A stretch of DNA of 62,937 nucleotides, the filler included, from Octopus bimaculoides (lineage: Eukaryota): the NCBI RefSeq assembly GCF_001194135.2. It is 5 parts of 5 records of this genome, joined end to end, with 100 filler letters (N's around TTAATTAATTAA, not from the genome) between each part and the next. Parts side by side here need not be neighbours in the genome. Positions count along the whole stretch, not along the records: positions 43,521 to 57,540 come from NC_068983.1; positions 57,641 to 62,937 come from NC_068987.1; 3 more parts are not named here. One strand, 5' to 3'. The first letter of the stretch is position 1. Every line of letters starts with the position of its first letter. The notes beneath the pieces are model-generated. The model was not told where the DNA came from and did no database searches. It saw nothing but the letters and a program-made list of their open reading frames with translations. Position numbers and translations under genes: made by a program. Of the stretch, positions 51,073-62,937 are shown in pieces.

Positions 51073-51712
51073 TTTAAAATAAATGATGACTGACATTGCA
51101 TCATATTGCCCGAAGTGGTTCCTTATTTTTGAAGATGCTACAGCACGATCTGAATGTTAATTGCCCGTTATTTCTGTACAGAAACTGTGTTGAAGCCTTC
51201 CCATTGGCTAGCAACCTACGGATGCTTTAGAGAAAAGGTGGGCAGATCTACAAACTTCTGCAGACAGGCTAGGGCGCAGCAAGCCACATAGAAGAAAACT
51301 GTATTAGGAAATTTGGTGTGAAACATGCAGGATATAGTTATATACATTAGCACAAATTTAATACGTCTTATGTCTTTTTCTCTTTCTCTTATGTCGTTTT
51401 GAAATAGTGACACAAAAACATAATGATTAATTAATTTGAAATCAAACATAAAGCAAAAATTACTCATAGTCTGTTCTGACGTAAAAAAAACAAATTATAT
51501 AATTCCTTAGTACAAATTTTATACACAAACACACACACATGCATACACATACACCCACATACATTCACGCATTCAAGCACATACAAACACATATACACAA
51601 ACATGTTTATGTGTGTGTGGCTGCATATATATGTTTATATATAAACATATGCACGTATGAATGTATATACATTTGTGCGTGCATATGCATGTATGTATGT
51701 ATGTATGTATGC

Positions 51713-51746
<34 letters not shown>

Positions 51747-52548
51747 GTATGTATATATGTATGTATATATNNNNNNNNNNNNNNNNNNNNNNNNNNNNNN
51801 NNNNNNNNNNNNNNNNNNNNNNNNNNNNNNNNNNNNNNNNNNNNNNNNNNNNNNNNNNNNNNNNNNNNNNNNNNNNNNNNNNNNNNNNNNNNNNNNNNNN
51901 NNNNNNNNNNNNNNNNNNNNNNNNNNNNNNNNNNNNNNNNNNNNNNNNNATATATATGTATATATATGTATGTATATGTATATATATATATATATACATA
52001 TCTATATACATATAGTCATATATGTGTGTGTATGTATATAAGAATGTATATGTATGTATGTATGTATGTATATACGTATAGGTATATATAATATATGTAT
52101 GTGTGTATGTATGTATATATGTGTAGGTATGTATATACATGTAGGCACATATACGTGTAGGTATATATATATATATAAGTGTAGGGAGACAGACAGACGG
52201 AGTCTGTGCGTGGTGGTGGTTAATCCGTGTGGGTGTATAAATATGAGTAAATGTCAATGTATGTATGCGCGTGTGTATGCGTGAATGTTGTAGTATTAGT
52301 ATGGCATAAATTTTTATTGTCTACTGTTGTTAAGCATGTGAAAATGTTCAGCCGCTGTGGTTTTTCCTCTATAATTACATAACCACATACTTTGATTATG
52401 AGACAGGTAACCATTCATCTAAGGACATATGTAAAACCTCTAACGTGGCTTTGTTGAATAACAGATTCAAAGTTAAATGACGTAGGTCTTCTTACGTATC
52501 ACTGAAAATTATATAGTGTGGCGCTCCTTGGCAATATAGTGGTAAAGT

Positions 52549-52620
52549 TCATCTGTAGTATAATGGTAAGCCTCTCTGCCTGTCATGCAGGAAACCGGGG
52601 TGCGACTCCCCAGCCAGGGA
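52549..52620 (+). pseudogene. tRNA-Asp(GTC) pseudogene
   Basis: gtagtataatggtaag...ctgc-CTGTCAT-gcag...gggg-tgcgact-cccc. Anticodon and T stems pair; the acceptor stem and TTC are damaged. Confidence 0.75.
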
Positions 52621-52655
52621 GACCTATTACTGCTTTGGGAACACAGCTGCAGCCA

Positions 52656-52706
52656 GTATCTCCGTTTGTCACGCTGGAGATTGTCGTCCGATTCGCCGCC
52701 GTGGAG
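52656..52706 (+). pseudogene. Second tRNA-Asp remnant (5' part missing)
   Basis: gtatctccgtttGTCacgctggagattgtcgtccgattcgccgccgtggag aligns to the 3' two-thirds of animal tRNA-Asp. Confidence 0.6.
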
Positions 52707-52773
52707 GCTCACTAATGCCCAGTCGGTAGAGCTCAAGATCCTCGAGGTCATAAGTTCGACCCACAGGTTGGGC
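52707..52773 (+). pseudogene. tRNA-Lys-like remnant with the anticodon loop deleted
   Basis: cagtcggtagagc...ggtcataagttcgaccc...gttgggc resembles animal tRNA-Lys. Confidence 0.55.
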
Positions 52774-53199
52774 TCAAAACCTCGATATATGTGGACTTGT
52801 TCACATATGTATATNNNNNNNNNNNNNNNNNNNNNNNNNNNNNNNNNNNNNNNNNNNNNNNNNNNNNNNNNNNNNNNNNNNNNNNNNNNNNNNNNNNNNN
52901 NNNNNNNNNNNNNNNNNNNNNNNNNNNNNNNNNNNNNNNNNNNNNNNNNNTGTTAGAAAGATGTTATAAAATATTGAGTATAGAAACATTGTTTTTGGAG
53001 AAATAACCGGTTTCGTATTTTCTTTTCAAATTTCTCTACCTGTATCGTAACATGTCTTCGCTATGGTGTAAAATATGGAGTCCTAGATAGGGGAAGGTAA
53101 TCAGAGATTTCTTCCGGTATAAGGGAGATAATCAAAAATGTTGGGGATGGACAGGGTTTGACTAATTTAACATGATTTGGTTTAGAAGGAATAGAATGT

Positions 53200-53490
53200 T
53201 ACAAGTGGTTAGGTTTTGCTTTATATTTTTTTCAATGAGGTGTTTCCTTATCTAAAAATGTTAGAAATGGTTAAGTTTTGGCTTAAAATTTTTCAATGAA
53301 GAAGGTTTCCTTATTTAGTCTAATTTGCGTTGGTGTGCCAATGACACATTGATAGAATGGAAAGATTATAAATTGTGGTAGCATCTGTTTTGCGCATTTC
53401 TCAATATGTTCACTAAAGGGTAGCATTCTGTATCAAAGTATAGTCTTAAAGTCTCCATTTTTTGGTTTCTCTCGTTTTGTATGTTTACAT
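53200..53490 (-). mobile_element. Penelope-like element GIY-YIG endonuclease C-terminus
   Basis: PFSEHIEKCA...FIIFPFYQ...IRLNKETFFIEKF(fs)KPKLN. The last ~45 nt are duplicated at 53205-53252. Confidence 0.6.
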
Positions 53491-53589
53491 ATATACATAT
53501 TTTATATTTCAGACCCAAACTTTGGTATTTAACATATCTGATATAATTTGTTTATCCACATAATTGCTTATATTCTTTCATTCTTGTAT

Positions 53590-53800
53590 TCTTTCATTCT
53601 TTTACTTGTTCCAGTCATTTGCCTGTGGCCATACTGGAACACTGCCTTTGCTCCAAGAAATCGACCCCCAGGACTTACTTGTTCTTTGTAAGCCTAGTAC
53701 ATATTCTATCGATGTATTTGCCGAACCGCCAAGGTTCGGGGACGCAAACACCAACATCGGCTGTCAAGCGGTGTCGCGGGGGGGGGAGCAAGCACAGACA
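53590..53800 (-). mobile_element. SINE 3' module
   Basis: Reverse complement of the 7370-7560 family. Confidence 0.75.
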
Positions 53801-53826
53801 TGCACACACACAAACATATACCTACA

Positions 53827-53857
<31 letters not shown>

Positions 53858-54173
53858 CATACTAATATATACTTTTGTTATTTACACCACCTGTCCTCGT
53901 CTGTTGTTATTATTTGTATATTCTCCCATATATATATATATATATATATATNNNNNNNNNNNNNNNNNNNNNNNNNNNNNNNNNNNNNNNNNNNNNNNNN
54001 NNNNNNNNNNNNNNNNNNNNNNNNNNNNNNNNNNNNNNNNNNNNNNNNNNNNNNNNNNNNNNNNNNNNNNNNNNNNNNNGTGTATATACATATATATATA
54101 TATATCATACTAATATATACTTTTGTTATTTACACCACCTGTCCTCGTCTGTTGTTATTATTTGTATATTCTC

Positions 54174-54212
<39 letters not shown>

Positions 54213-54796
54213 GCATATAATATTTATTGGAGCATATTACAGGCCAGAGATAAATGCCTTTTGAAAAGAACACAACGTGGAAATCGAAACCGCTTTACTG
54301 ATTTGGCTCACCAGGAGTTTATGTTGAATGCTTTGACACGATCAATGAAAACATTCAACAAATATTCAACGCAAATTGATGTGTATGTGTATACGTATGC
54401 ATATGGAAGTTCGTCTTTGAGTCTATGTGTGTTTTTGACTAAGCGTGTGTTTGTGTATTTGGATACGAATGCGAAAATGTGTGTAGTTTTTTGTGCGAGT
54501 GTGTCAATATGTATGATTAATTGCGACCAGGTGCGTGATTATGTGCGTAAATGTAAGTGTGCCTGCGTACAGTTATATGCCTTGTTCATGCATGTATGTG
54601 TACGTGTGTGTGTGTGCGTGCGCGCGTGTGTACCGGTGTCGGTGTGTGTAGGTGTATTGAAGGGTGTATGTGTGTGTGTTTTCTACCAATTATTCCTCAT
54701 CTCATTTCCTGTGCTGCTTCTTGTACCATTTCCTAACATTTTCCCCGAAATATCATTGATGTATCATAAACACTGATAGACGTATACACTCAAACA

Positions 54797-54838
<42 letters not shown>

Positions 54839-55473
54839 TACACACAGATGCACTCACTCACATAAGGAGACACAAACACACAGATATATATNNNNNNNNN
54901 NNNNNNNNNNNNNNNNNNNNNNNNNNNNNNNNNNNNNNNNNNNNNNNNNNNNNNNNNNNNNNNNNNNNNNNNNNNNNNNNNNNNNNNNNNNNNNNNNNNN
55001 NNNNNNNNNNNNNNNNNNNNNNNNNNNNNNNNNNNNNNNNNNNNNNNNNNNNNNNNNNNNNNNNNNNNNNNNNNNNNNNNNNNNNNNNNNNNNNNNNNNN
55101 NNNNNNNNNNNNNNNNNNNNNNNNNNNNNNNNNNNNNNNNNNNNNNNNNNNNNNNNNNNNNNNNNNNNNNNNNNNNNNNNNNNNNNNNNNNNNNNNNNNN
55201 NNNNNNNNNNNNNNNNNNNNNNNNNNNNNNNNNNNNNNNNNNNNNNNNNNNNNNNNNNNNNNNNNNNNNNNNNNNNNNNNNNNNNNNNNNNNNNNNNNNN
55301 NNNNNNNNNNNNNNNNNNNNNNNNNNNNNNNNNNNNNNNNNNNNNNNNNNNNNNNNNNNNNNNNNNNNNNNNNNNNNNNNNNNNNNNNNNNNNNNNNNNN
55401 NNNNNNNNNNNNNNNNNNNNNNNNNNNNNNNNNNNNNNNNNNNNNNNNNNNNNNNNNNNNNNNNNNNNNNNNN

Positions 55474-55530
<57 letters not shown>

Positions 55531-57129
55531 ATATACGATATATTTTCATTATACTCTATTGTATAAACACAGCAAAAGAGAAATACAAAATTAGAGCTAA
55601 ATGTAAATTAACGTAATGTAGCTATATGCATGTTTATACATATATATATATATATATATAAGCATATGCATATATGTATGTATACACACACACACGTATG
55701 TGTATAACCAGTGTGTGTGTATGTGTCTATCTGTAGATATACATACACACCTTATCTATCGAGCATTCGCACGCATGCGCATGAATATACACGCATACAA
55801 ACCTGCACACAATATATGTACGTATGTATGTACGTGTGTGTATAGACGCGTATGCATGCATATGTATGTGTGCATCTGCGCATCCTGTGGATTGCTCTGA
55901 ATACATGAGAGGCTGCGTATTGGAGTCTCAATTTTCTACTTTATAATCTGTAATTTATTTACATTACAATAAATGTATAGAGAATACAAACACGTAGCCC
56001 GGCCCCGCACACACAAACACACAGACACACACACTCACACACATACACACACATACCCATTGACACTCTCACTGGCTTACCCACGAAGACACGTTCAAAA
56101 TAATATACATTTATGCAATAATATATGATATATAAATTATATGATAATGAGGGCTTCTATACTAAATTAAGATTATTTATAATGGTCCCATTGGTCTTAT
56201 TACATATCTAATGCGCCGCTAACGTAACGTATATGTATAAATATATATATACATATATGTNNNNNNNNNNNNNNNNNNNNNNNNNNNNNNNNNNNNNNNN
56301 NNNNNNNNNNNNNNNNNNNNNNNNNNNNNNNNNNNNNNNNNNNNNNNNNNNNNNNNNNNNNNNNNNNNNNNNNNNNNNNNNNNNNNNNNNNNNNNNNNNN
56401 NNNNNNNNNNNNNNNNNNNNNNNNNNNNNNNNNNNNNNNNNNNNNNNNNNNNNNNNNNNNNNNNNNNNNNNNNNNNNNNNNNNNNNNNNNNNNNNNNNNN
56501 NNNNNNNNNNNNNNNNNNNNNNNNNNNNNNNNNNNNNNNNNNNNNNNNNNNNNNNNNNNNNNNNNNNNNNNNNNNNNNNNNNNNNNNNNNNNNNNNNNNN
56601 NNNNNNNNNNNNNNNNNNNNNNNNNNNNNNNNNNNNNNNNNNNNNNNNNNNNNNNNNNNNNNNNNNNNNNNNNNNNNNNNNNNNNNNNNNNNNNNNNNNN
56701 NNNNNNNNNNNNNNNNNNNNATATATATATATATATATATATAGGTAGATAGATAGATACATACATACATACATGCACACATATATACATACATATACAC
56801 ACATTTAAAATTGATGTCTGAGTTTGTGTATGCATATATAGATATATACATATATAGATATATACATATATATCTGTCTATAATATATGTGTGTGTGTGT
56901 GTACATACATACATACTTACATACATACATACATACATACATACGTACGTACGTACGTATGTACACACGTATATTTGTGCATACATTCACTTATCCGTTT
57001 GTATACCATCAGTAAATCAGGATACGTGGGTGATAATTTTCACAATATGTCTTCATTTTCATGAGTTATTCCTGTAAATAATTTTTTTTTTATCGTAGTA
57101 GCTGCAATTGCTGCGTACTTAGAAAGTTA

Positions 57130-57490
57130 GATTTACATCCATGTGGTTTCAGGTTCAGTCCCAATGCTCGTCACATCAGGCAAGTGTCTTTCCGGGCTAA
57201 CCAATGCATTGTGAGTGAATTTGGTTGACAGAAACTGTGTGCGCTCCTTTGGTAGGAAGCTTGCCTCCCAGCCATATGGTTCCGGGTTCAGTCTCTCTCT
57301 CTCTATATATATATACATTTATTTAACTTGTTTCAATCATTAGTCTTCGGCCATACTAGGGCACCAACTCGAAGAATTTATAGTCGAATGTATCAATCCC
57401 AGTGCTTTTTTTTTTATATAAGCCTGGTACGCAAACTCACCAGCACTGATTATCAAGAGGTGGGGTGGGACAAACACAGACACAAATGCA
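57130..57490. mobile_element. Cluster of SINE fragments (two + heads, one - 3' module)
   Basis: Similarity to the 7192 family. Confidence 0.6.
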
Positions 57491-57500
57491 GACATACACG

Positions 57501-57540
<40 letters not shown>

Positions 57541-57584
57541 NNNNNNNNNNNNNNNNNNNNNNNNNNNNNNNNNNNNNNNNNNNN

Positions 57585-57596
57585 TTAATTAATTAA
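57585..57596. other. Synthetic scaffold linker
   Basis: 44N-TTAATTAATTAA-44N. Confidence 0.9.
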
Positions 57597-57640
57597 NNNN
57601 NNNNNNNNNNNNNNNNNNNNNNNNNNNNNNNNNNNNNNNN

Positions 57641-57705
<65 letters not shown>

Positions 57706-58050
57706 ATGCATGTACTATTCTCATTCAACAATGAGGTTGACAGTGACTTCATAGTTTAGGCCAGCAAAGCTATCGTTGCACTGCCAATGATGACTTTGCT
57801 GGTTGAAACTTCAAAGTAACTGTTAATTGTATAAGAGTGATAAATTTGTACTCTACAAAAGTATAGAGTAATCTATCGGATTAATGAAAAATTGTTTTTA
57901 TTATAACTGAAGATAAAAACAAACTTTGATATGAAAGTATTGTAGTTCGCTTGAAGCATTGTGTATTGTTTGTAAAGAATAAAAAGTTTAGAATGGTACA
58001 ACAATGCACTATAGAACAAAAAATGGACTATATACCTTATACAAACTTTA

Positions 58051-58116
<66 letters not shown>

Positions 58117-58177
58117 GTACGCCTGTGTGTACGTATATATGTATATATATATATGTGTGTATATACATACATACACA

Positions 58178-58209
<32 letters not shown>

Positions 58210-58210
58210 C

Positions 58211-58608
58211 GTATATAGTTAAATCAAGAAAAGAAAATGGAGAGTAGGAAGTTAAGTATTTATTATTAACAAATTGGTCAGCTTTGCTTCTTACAGCCAT
58301 TTCATTTAATACTCAATAATTCAATTACAAATTTGTACATTAAATTTGCAATTATGTGAAATGTGATTCTGTTGAAATGAAATAAGAAGTCCGCATATAA
58401 CATTTCAAGGTAAATCTTTTTTTTTCTGATGAAATTATGCTCACATCACATAAATACAAATTTAATGTACAAATTTGTAATTACATTATTGAGTATTAAT
58501 TGAAACAGCTGTAAGAAGCAAAGATGACCAATTTGTTGATAATAAATAATTGTTAACTTCCTACTCCCAATTTTCTTTTCTACATTTGACAGGATATAAA
58601 CTATATGC
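58211..58608. mobile_element. Fold-back element 3 (arms ~58211-58366 and ~58441-58608)
   Basis: agtaggaagttaa...aacaaattggtca...cttcttacagc...attacaaatttgtacattaaattt is mirrored on the right. A hammerhead overlaps the spacer and right arm. Confidence 0.8.
58422..58517 (+). ncRNA. Type I hammerhead ribozyme motif with an extended stem II
   Basis: tttt-CTGATGA-aattatgctca...tgagtattaatt-GAAA-cagctg-TA-agaa. Intact core, A-U closing pair, same ACAGCTGT palindromic stem III as at 137-192. Confidence 0.75.
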
Positions 58609-58964
58609 TTAATATATACCTCTTGTTTTAAGGGAATTTTATTCCCCAACAATACTAGGTATTGAACCAGTATTTCCTTGGATGTAACCATCCCTTCACG
58701 AGGTTAAATTATCCTCTAATTAAATTATATATATATATATATATATACAATTGCGTGTGGGGAGAGTCATTCACTTTTGATGCATTATTGCTTAATAGGG
58801 ACACCGGTTCGATTTTCAGTCATTTACTTATCTACTTTTTCTAAAATTTTCATTGCGTCTTGCAACCTTTTCAACAGACATTGACTCAGTCTGTTATCAG
58901 AGCTGCATTCTTTTTACTTGCTTGATTGTGTGCATGCATGTGCATCAGTGTGCATGTGTATACC

Positions 58965-58996
<32 letters not shown>

Positions 58997-60780
58997 TGTA
59001 TGTATGNNNNNNNNNNNNNNNNNNNNNNNNNNNNNNNNNNNNNNNNNNNNNNNNNNNNNNNNNNNNNNNNNNNNNNNNNNNNNNNNNNNNNNNNNNNNNN
59101 NNNNNNAATAAATCAATGTACGTATTGTAACTTATAATAAATATCAAATAAATATACAAAAAATACTTGTTTAAACAATAAATAAATAAATAATCGAAAA
59201 AGATTTAACAATATTTCTTAAAATAAAATCATAACTTATCTTATTGAAGAATTGCTGTTAAACTAAAATTTTAAACGTAATAACGTAGAACTTAACGTTT
59301 ATAAGAAATATATCGCGTGAAAATACGGCGTAAATAAAAAAAAATTATGGAATAATGAGATAGAAATATGTACTTAAACTGTTAAGATGACATAATGAAT
59401 TTTAGATGTGGAATAAGAAAAAAATAACTGTAGTATATAATTTACTTGAAAATTCTAAAGTCTAAATAACTCAAATTTAAAATACGTAAAATACATTATA
59501 TATTATATACAAAAATGAATCTAAATTACAATAATTTAATCTATTTTCATTAATTAATTTATTTATTTATTTAATTAATAAACATCTTAGTTTAATTTTA
59601 TTCTAAATATGTAATATATTCTTCATAATCTCGTGCTAATTTATACACATTCTACTACTACAAATCATAACCACAACAATTAGTAACATAAAATATGGCT
59701 TATATAAATACATAAATCACCTAAACTTATTATATAAGTAATTTAACTTATGTCTGCATTTAATTTATCGTTCATCTAGGGAATTAATTAATTTTTTATT
59801 ATCAGTTAATAATATCTCCTTAAATTCATTAGTACATAATAAATAAAAAGCACTACCTATTCGATAAGATTTAGCCTTACAAACACAAACACACACACAC
59901 ATACACACACACACNNNNNNNNNNNNNNNNNNNNNNNNNNNNNNNNNNNNNNNNNNNNNNNNNNNNNNNNNNNNNNNNNNNNNNNNNNNNNNNNNNNNNN
60001 NNNNNNNNNNNNNNNNNNNNNNNNNNNNNNNNNNNNNNNNNNNNNNNNNNNNNNNNNNNNNNNNNNNNNNNNNNNNNNNNNNNNNNNNNNNNNNNNNNNN
60101 NNNNNNNNNNNNNNNNNNNNNNNNNNNNNNNNNNNNNNNNNNNNNNNNNNNNNNNNNNNNNNNNNNNNNNNNNNNNNNNNNNNNNNNNNNNNNNNNNNNN
60201 NNNNNNNNNNNNNNNNNNNNNNNNNNNNNNNNNNNNNNNNNNNNNNNNNNNNNNNNNNNNNNNNNNNNNNNNNNNNNNNNNNNNNNNNNNNNNNNNNNNN
60301 NNNNNNNNNNNNNNNNNNNNNNNNNNNNNNNNNNNNNNNNNNNNNNNNNNNNNNNNNNNNNNNNNNNNNNNNNNNNNNNNNNNNNNNNNNNNNNNNNNNN
60401 NNNNNNNNNNNNNNNNNNNNNNNNNNNNNNNNNNNNNNNNNNNNNNNNNNNNNNNNNNNNNNNNNNNNNNNNNNNNNNNNNNNNNNNNNNNNNNNNNNNN
60501 NNNNNNNNNNNNNNNNNNNNNNNNNNNNNNNNNNNNNNNNNNNNNNNNNNNNNNNNNNNNNNNNNNNNNNNNNNNNNNNNNNNNNNNNNNNNNNNNNNNN
60601 NNNNNNNNNNNNNNNNNNNNNNNNNNNNNNNNNNNNNNNNNNNNNNNNNNNNNNNNNNNNNNNNNNNNNNNNNNNNNNNNNNNNNNNNNNNNNNNNNNNN
60701 NNNNNNNNNNNNNNNNNNNNNNNNNNNNNNNNNNNNNNNNNNNNNNNNNNNNNNNNNNNNNNNNNNNNNNNNNNNNNNNN

Positions 60781-60817
<37 letters not shown>

Positions 60818-60960
60818 TGTAACTTAATGGTTTGACAAAAGCGACCTATAGAATAAATACTAGGCTTACAAAGAATAAGTTCTGGGGTCGATTTGTTCAA
60901 CTAAAGGTGGTGTTCTAGCATGGTTGCAGTCAAAAGACTGAAACAAATAAAAAAGAGTAA
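60818..60960 (+). mobile_element. SINE 3' module
   Basis: actaggcttacaaagaataag...ggggtcgatttg...agcatgg. Confidence 0.75.
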
Positions 60961-61835
60961 ATACCACAAAAAATATTGTCTACATTGAAGATCCTATTTA
61001 GAAATACTTCTGACAAAGACATATTACAGTCATACTTAACATTAAACACTCTTTATCTATACGCCAGGTTTGTTGTCATTTATACAAAAACTTACGAAAT
61101 ATGAAGAATTTTATTTCGTGTCCATTCATTTCCACTTGCCTATTTCTGCTCATTTTGCCACTTTCTGTATTACAATTTCATTTGGTTCTATCAAAGATTA
61201 ATGGAAAATAATAACTTTCTACAACAGCATAGAATATGAAATCACATCCCTATGTAAGCAGATCACTTTCTAAGAAACTTTTCCATTCAATTCAATAAGC
61301 TACTTTTCATTTATTTATTTATTTATCTATTTATTTATCTTTACATTTTTAAAGTCATTTCTTAAAGATTTAGGAAAAATTACATATTAGCAACTAGTTT
61401 ATATATTAAAAACACCTGAACATTAATACCATCTGAACATCACAACTTCAGCTGGTGGTATTATAACTTTAAATACATTCAAATTTCCTCATATGGCACA
61501 TGTTCTTCATTCATTCATCATCCTTGTTCTTTATTCATTCGTCAATCTTTACTACTTTCATATTTTTTCTCATTTCAGCCAAATAAAAGATTGCTCTACT
61601 TTCACTATCTAACCTTTCACATGAGAACAATACATATTACACCCACAAGTAACTGAAAGTATTATTTCTATACACATTATCAGGGACAGTTCATGGGGTA
61701 GAATTACAACCAACTGTCATCATACAATAAATAGACTTCATTCTTTTATTCATTCATCTTCACTTTTCTGCTTCAAAAATTACTTTGTATTTCTTTAGAG
61801 TTCCACAAAAAAAAAATTAAAAAATAACCATCAAT

Positions 61836-62210
61836 AGGCATGGCTGCGTGATAAGAAGCTTGCTTCCTAATTACATAGTTCCAGATTCAGTCCCACCACG
61901 TGACACCTTGGGCACGTGTCATCTACTATGGCCAATCTGACCAAAGCCTTGAGAGGATTTCGTAGATGGAAACTGAAAGAAACCCATTAGGTGTGTGTGT
62001 GTGTGTGTGTGTGCCTTTATGTCTGTGTTTGTGCCCTCATCACTGCTTAGCAACCAGTATTGGTGTGTTTACATTCTTGTAACTTAAAGGTTAGCAAGCG
62101 AGAACATTAGAAAAAGTACCAGATTTATAAAAAAATAAGGGTTAAAATCTTTCAAGGCAGTGCCCCAGCATGGCCACAGTCTAATGACTGAAATAAGTAC
62201 AAGAGAAAAA
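61836..62210 (+). mobile_element. Full-length composite SINE
   Basis: Same architecture as 7192-7560. Confidence 0.8.
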
Positions 62211-62814
62211 GATAACTAATAAACAGAATTCAGACTATAAGTTATACTATTCATCAATACTTTATAAAATCCAGAAGGAATTATGGTATCAGATACCACA
62301 AATTTCATATGGCGGAATGTCTTTTATGAGAGTCATTCCAGCCTTGGCCACCTTGTCATGTTTGGTCATATCTAGAAAGGATTACATTATTCCATGACTC
62401 CTTGCAGCTATAGGGTGTGATTTGGTTGTCATTTCTAGCATGTTCATAAACTATGTAGAGGCAACAACTACAATAAAATATCTAAACTTATTGGGAACTG
62501 CATGAACATGTAAGAAGCTCCCTGAGTGGGTTCTGAAACATTAATTTGCTGGAGTTTATATCTCAATTTATTAAGGACGAAGATATTATTTCCAGTGCAA
62601 ATGAAATAAAATTAAACACTTCAAATAAGTTATAAAAAATATACTGCAGCATAATTTAAATTAAAATATAATCAGTTTGTTCATTAAAAAATACATACAC
62701 TTGGATATATATAATACAATATCAATGCAAAGCCTTATCTACAATATAGTGAGTTCACACTTGTATATAAATGTATATACGTACATCACACATATATCTT
62801 TTAGTCTGTCTGTC

Positions 62815-62829
62815 TATATGTATGTCTGC

Positions 62830-62888
<59 letters not shown>

Positions 62889-62896
62889 ACTTTCTA

Positions 62897-62937
<41 letters not shown>
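62815..62937. repeat. (TATC)n then (TC)n microsatellite
   Basis: Direct reading. Confidence 0.95.

Noticed and set aside
51182-51291. ATYGC-containing frame after an acceptor-like sequence
   Set aside because: No phase-compatible donor, and the motif is too short to support an Ig call.
53835-54210. Identical ~110-bp block on both sides of an N gap
   Set aside because: Most likely overlapping contig ends left unmerged, not a real duplication.
59107-59880. Very AT-rich block resembling a mitochondrial control region or rRNA
   Set aside because: No recognisable conserved rRNA or tRNA motif.

Overview
Eukaryotic (animal) draft-scaffold DNA: AT-rich, saturated with microsatellites and broken by many N gaps. 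The SINE families present and the repeat landscape suggest an octopus genome (my inference, not verified). No prokaryotic genes or CRISPR arrays are present. Most non-microsatellite sequence is decayed transposon: SINEs, R4/Dong-like, HERO-like and L1/Tx1-like LINE pieces, Tc1/mariner, DD37D, hAT, a Helitron and Penelope-like remnants. Host-gene evidence is limited to one large minus-strand exon of a GT32-type glycosyltransferase (13505-13922) and three phase-compatible plus-strand exons of an Ig-like protein (32808-43362). The most notable signal is three separate fold-back (long inverted-repeat) elements, at 63-618, 10052-10507 and 58211-58608. Each carries a minimal type I hammerhead ribozyme motif with a palindromic stem III, the form known from Penelope-like element pseudo-LTRs. 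Also present: a degenerate Asp/Asp/Lys tRNA cluster, microsatellite-anchored LINE insertions, a mariner derivative with two 5' ends, and four synthetic TTAATTAATTAA scaffold linkers. All calls were made by eye; coordinates of decayed repeats are approximate.
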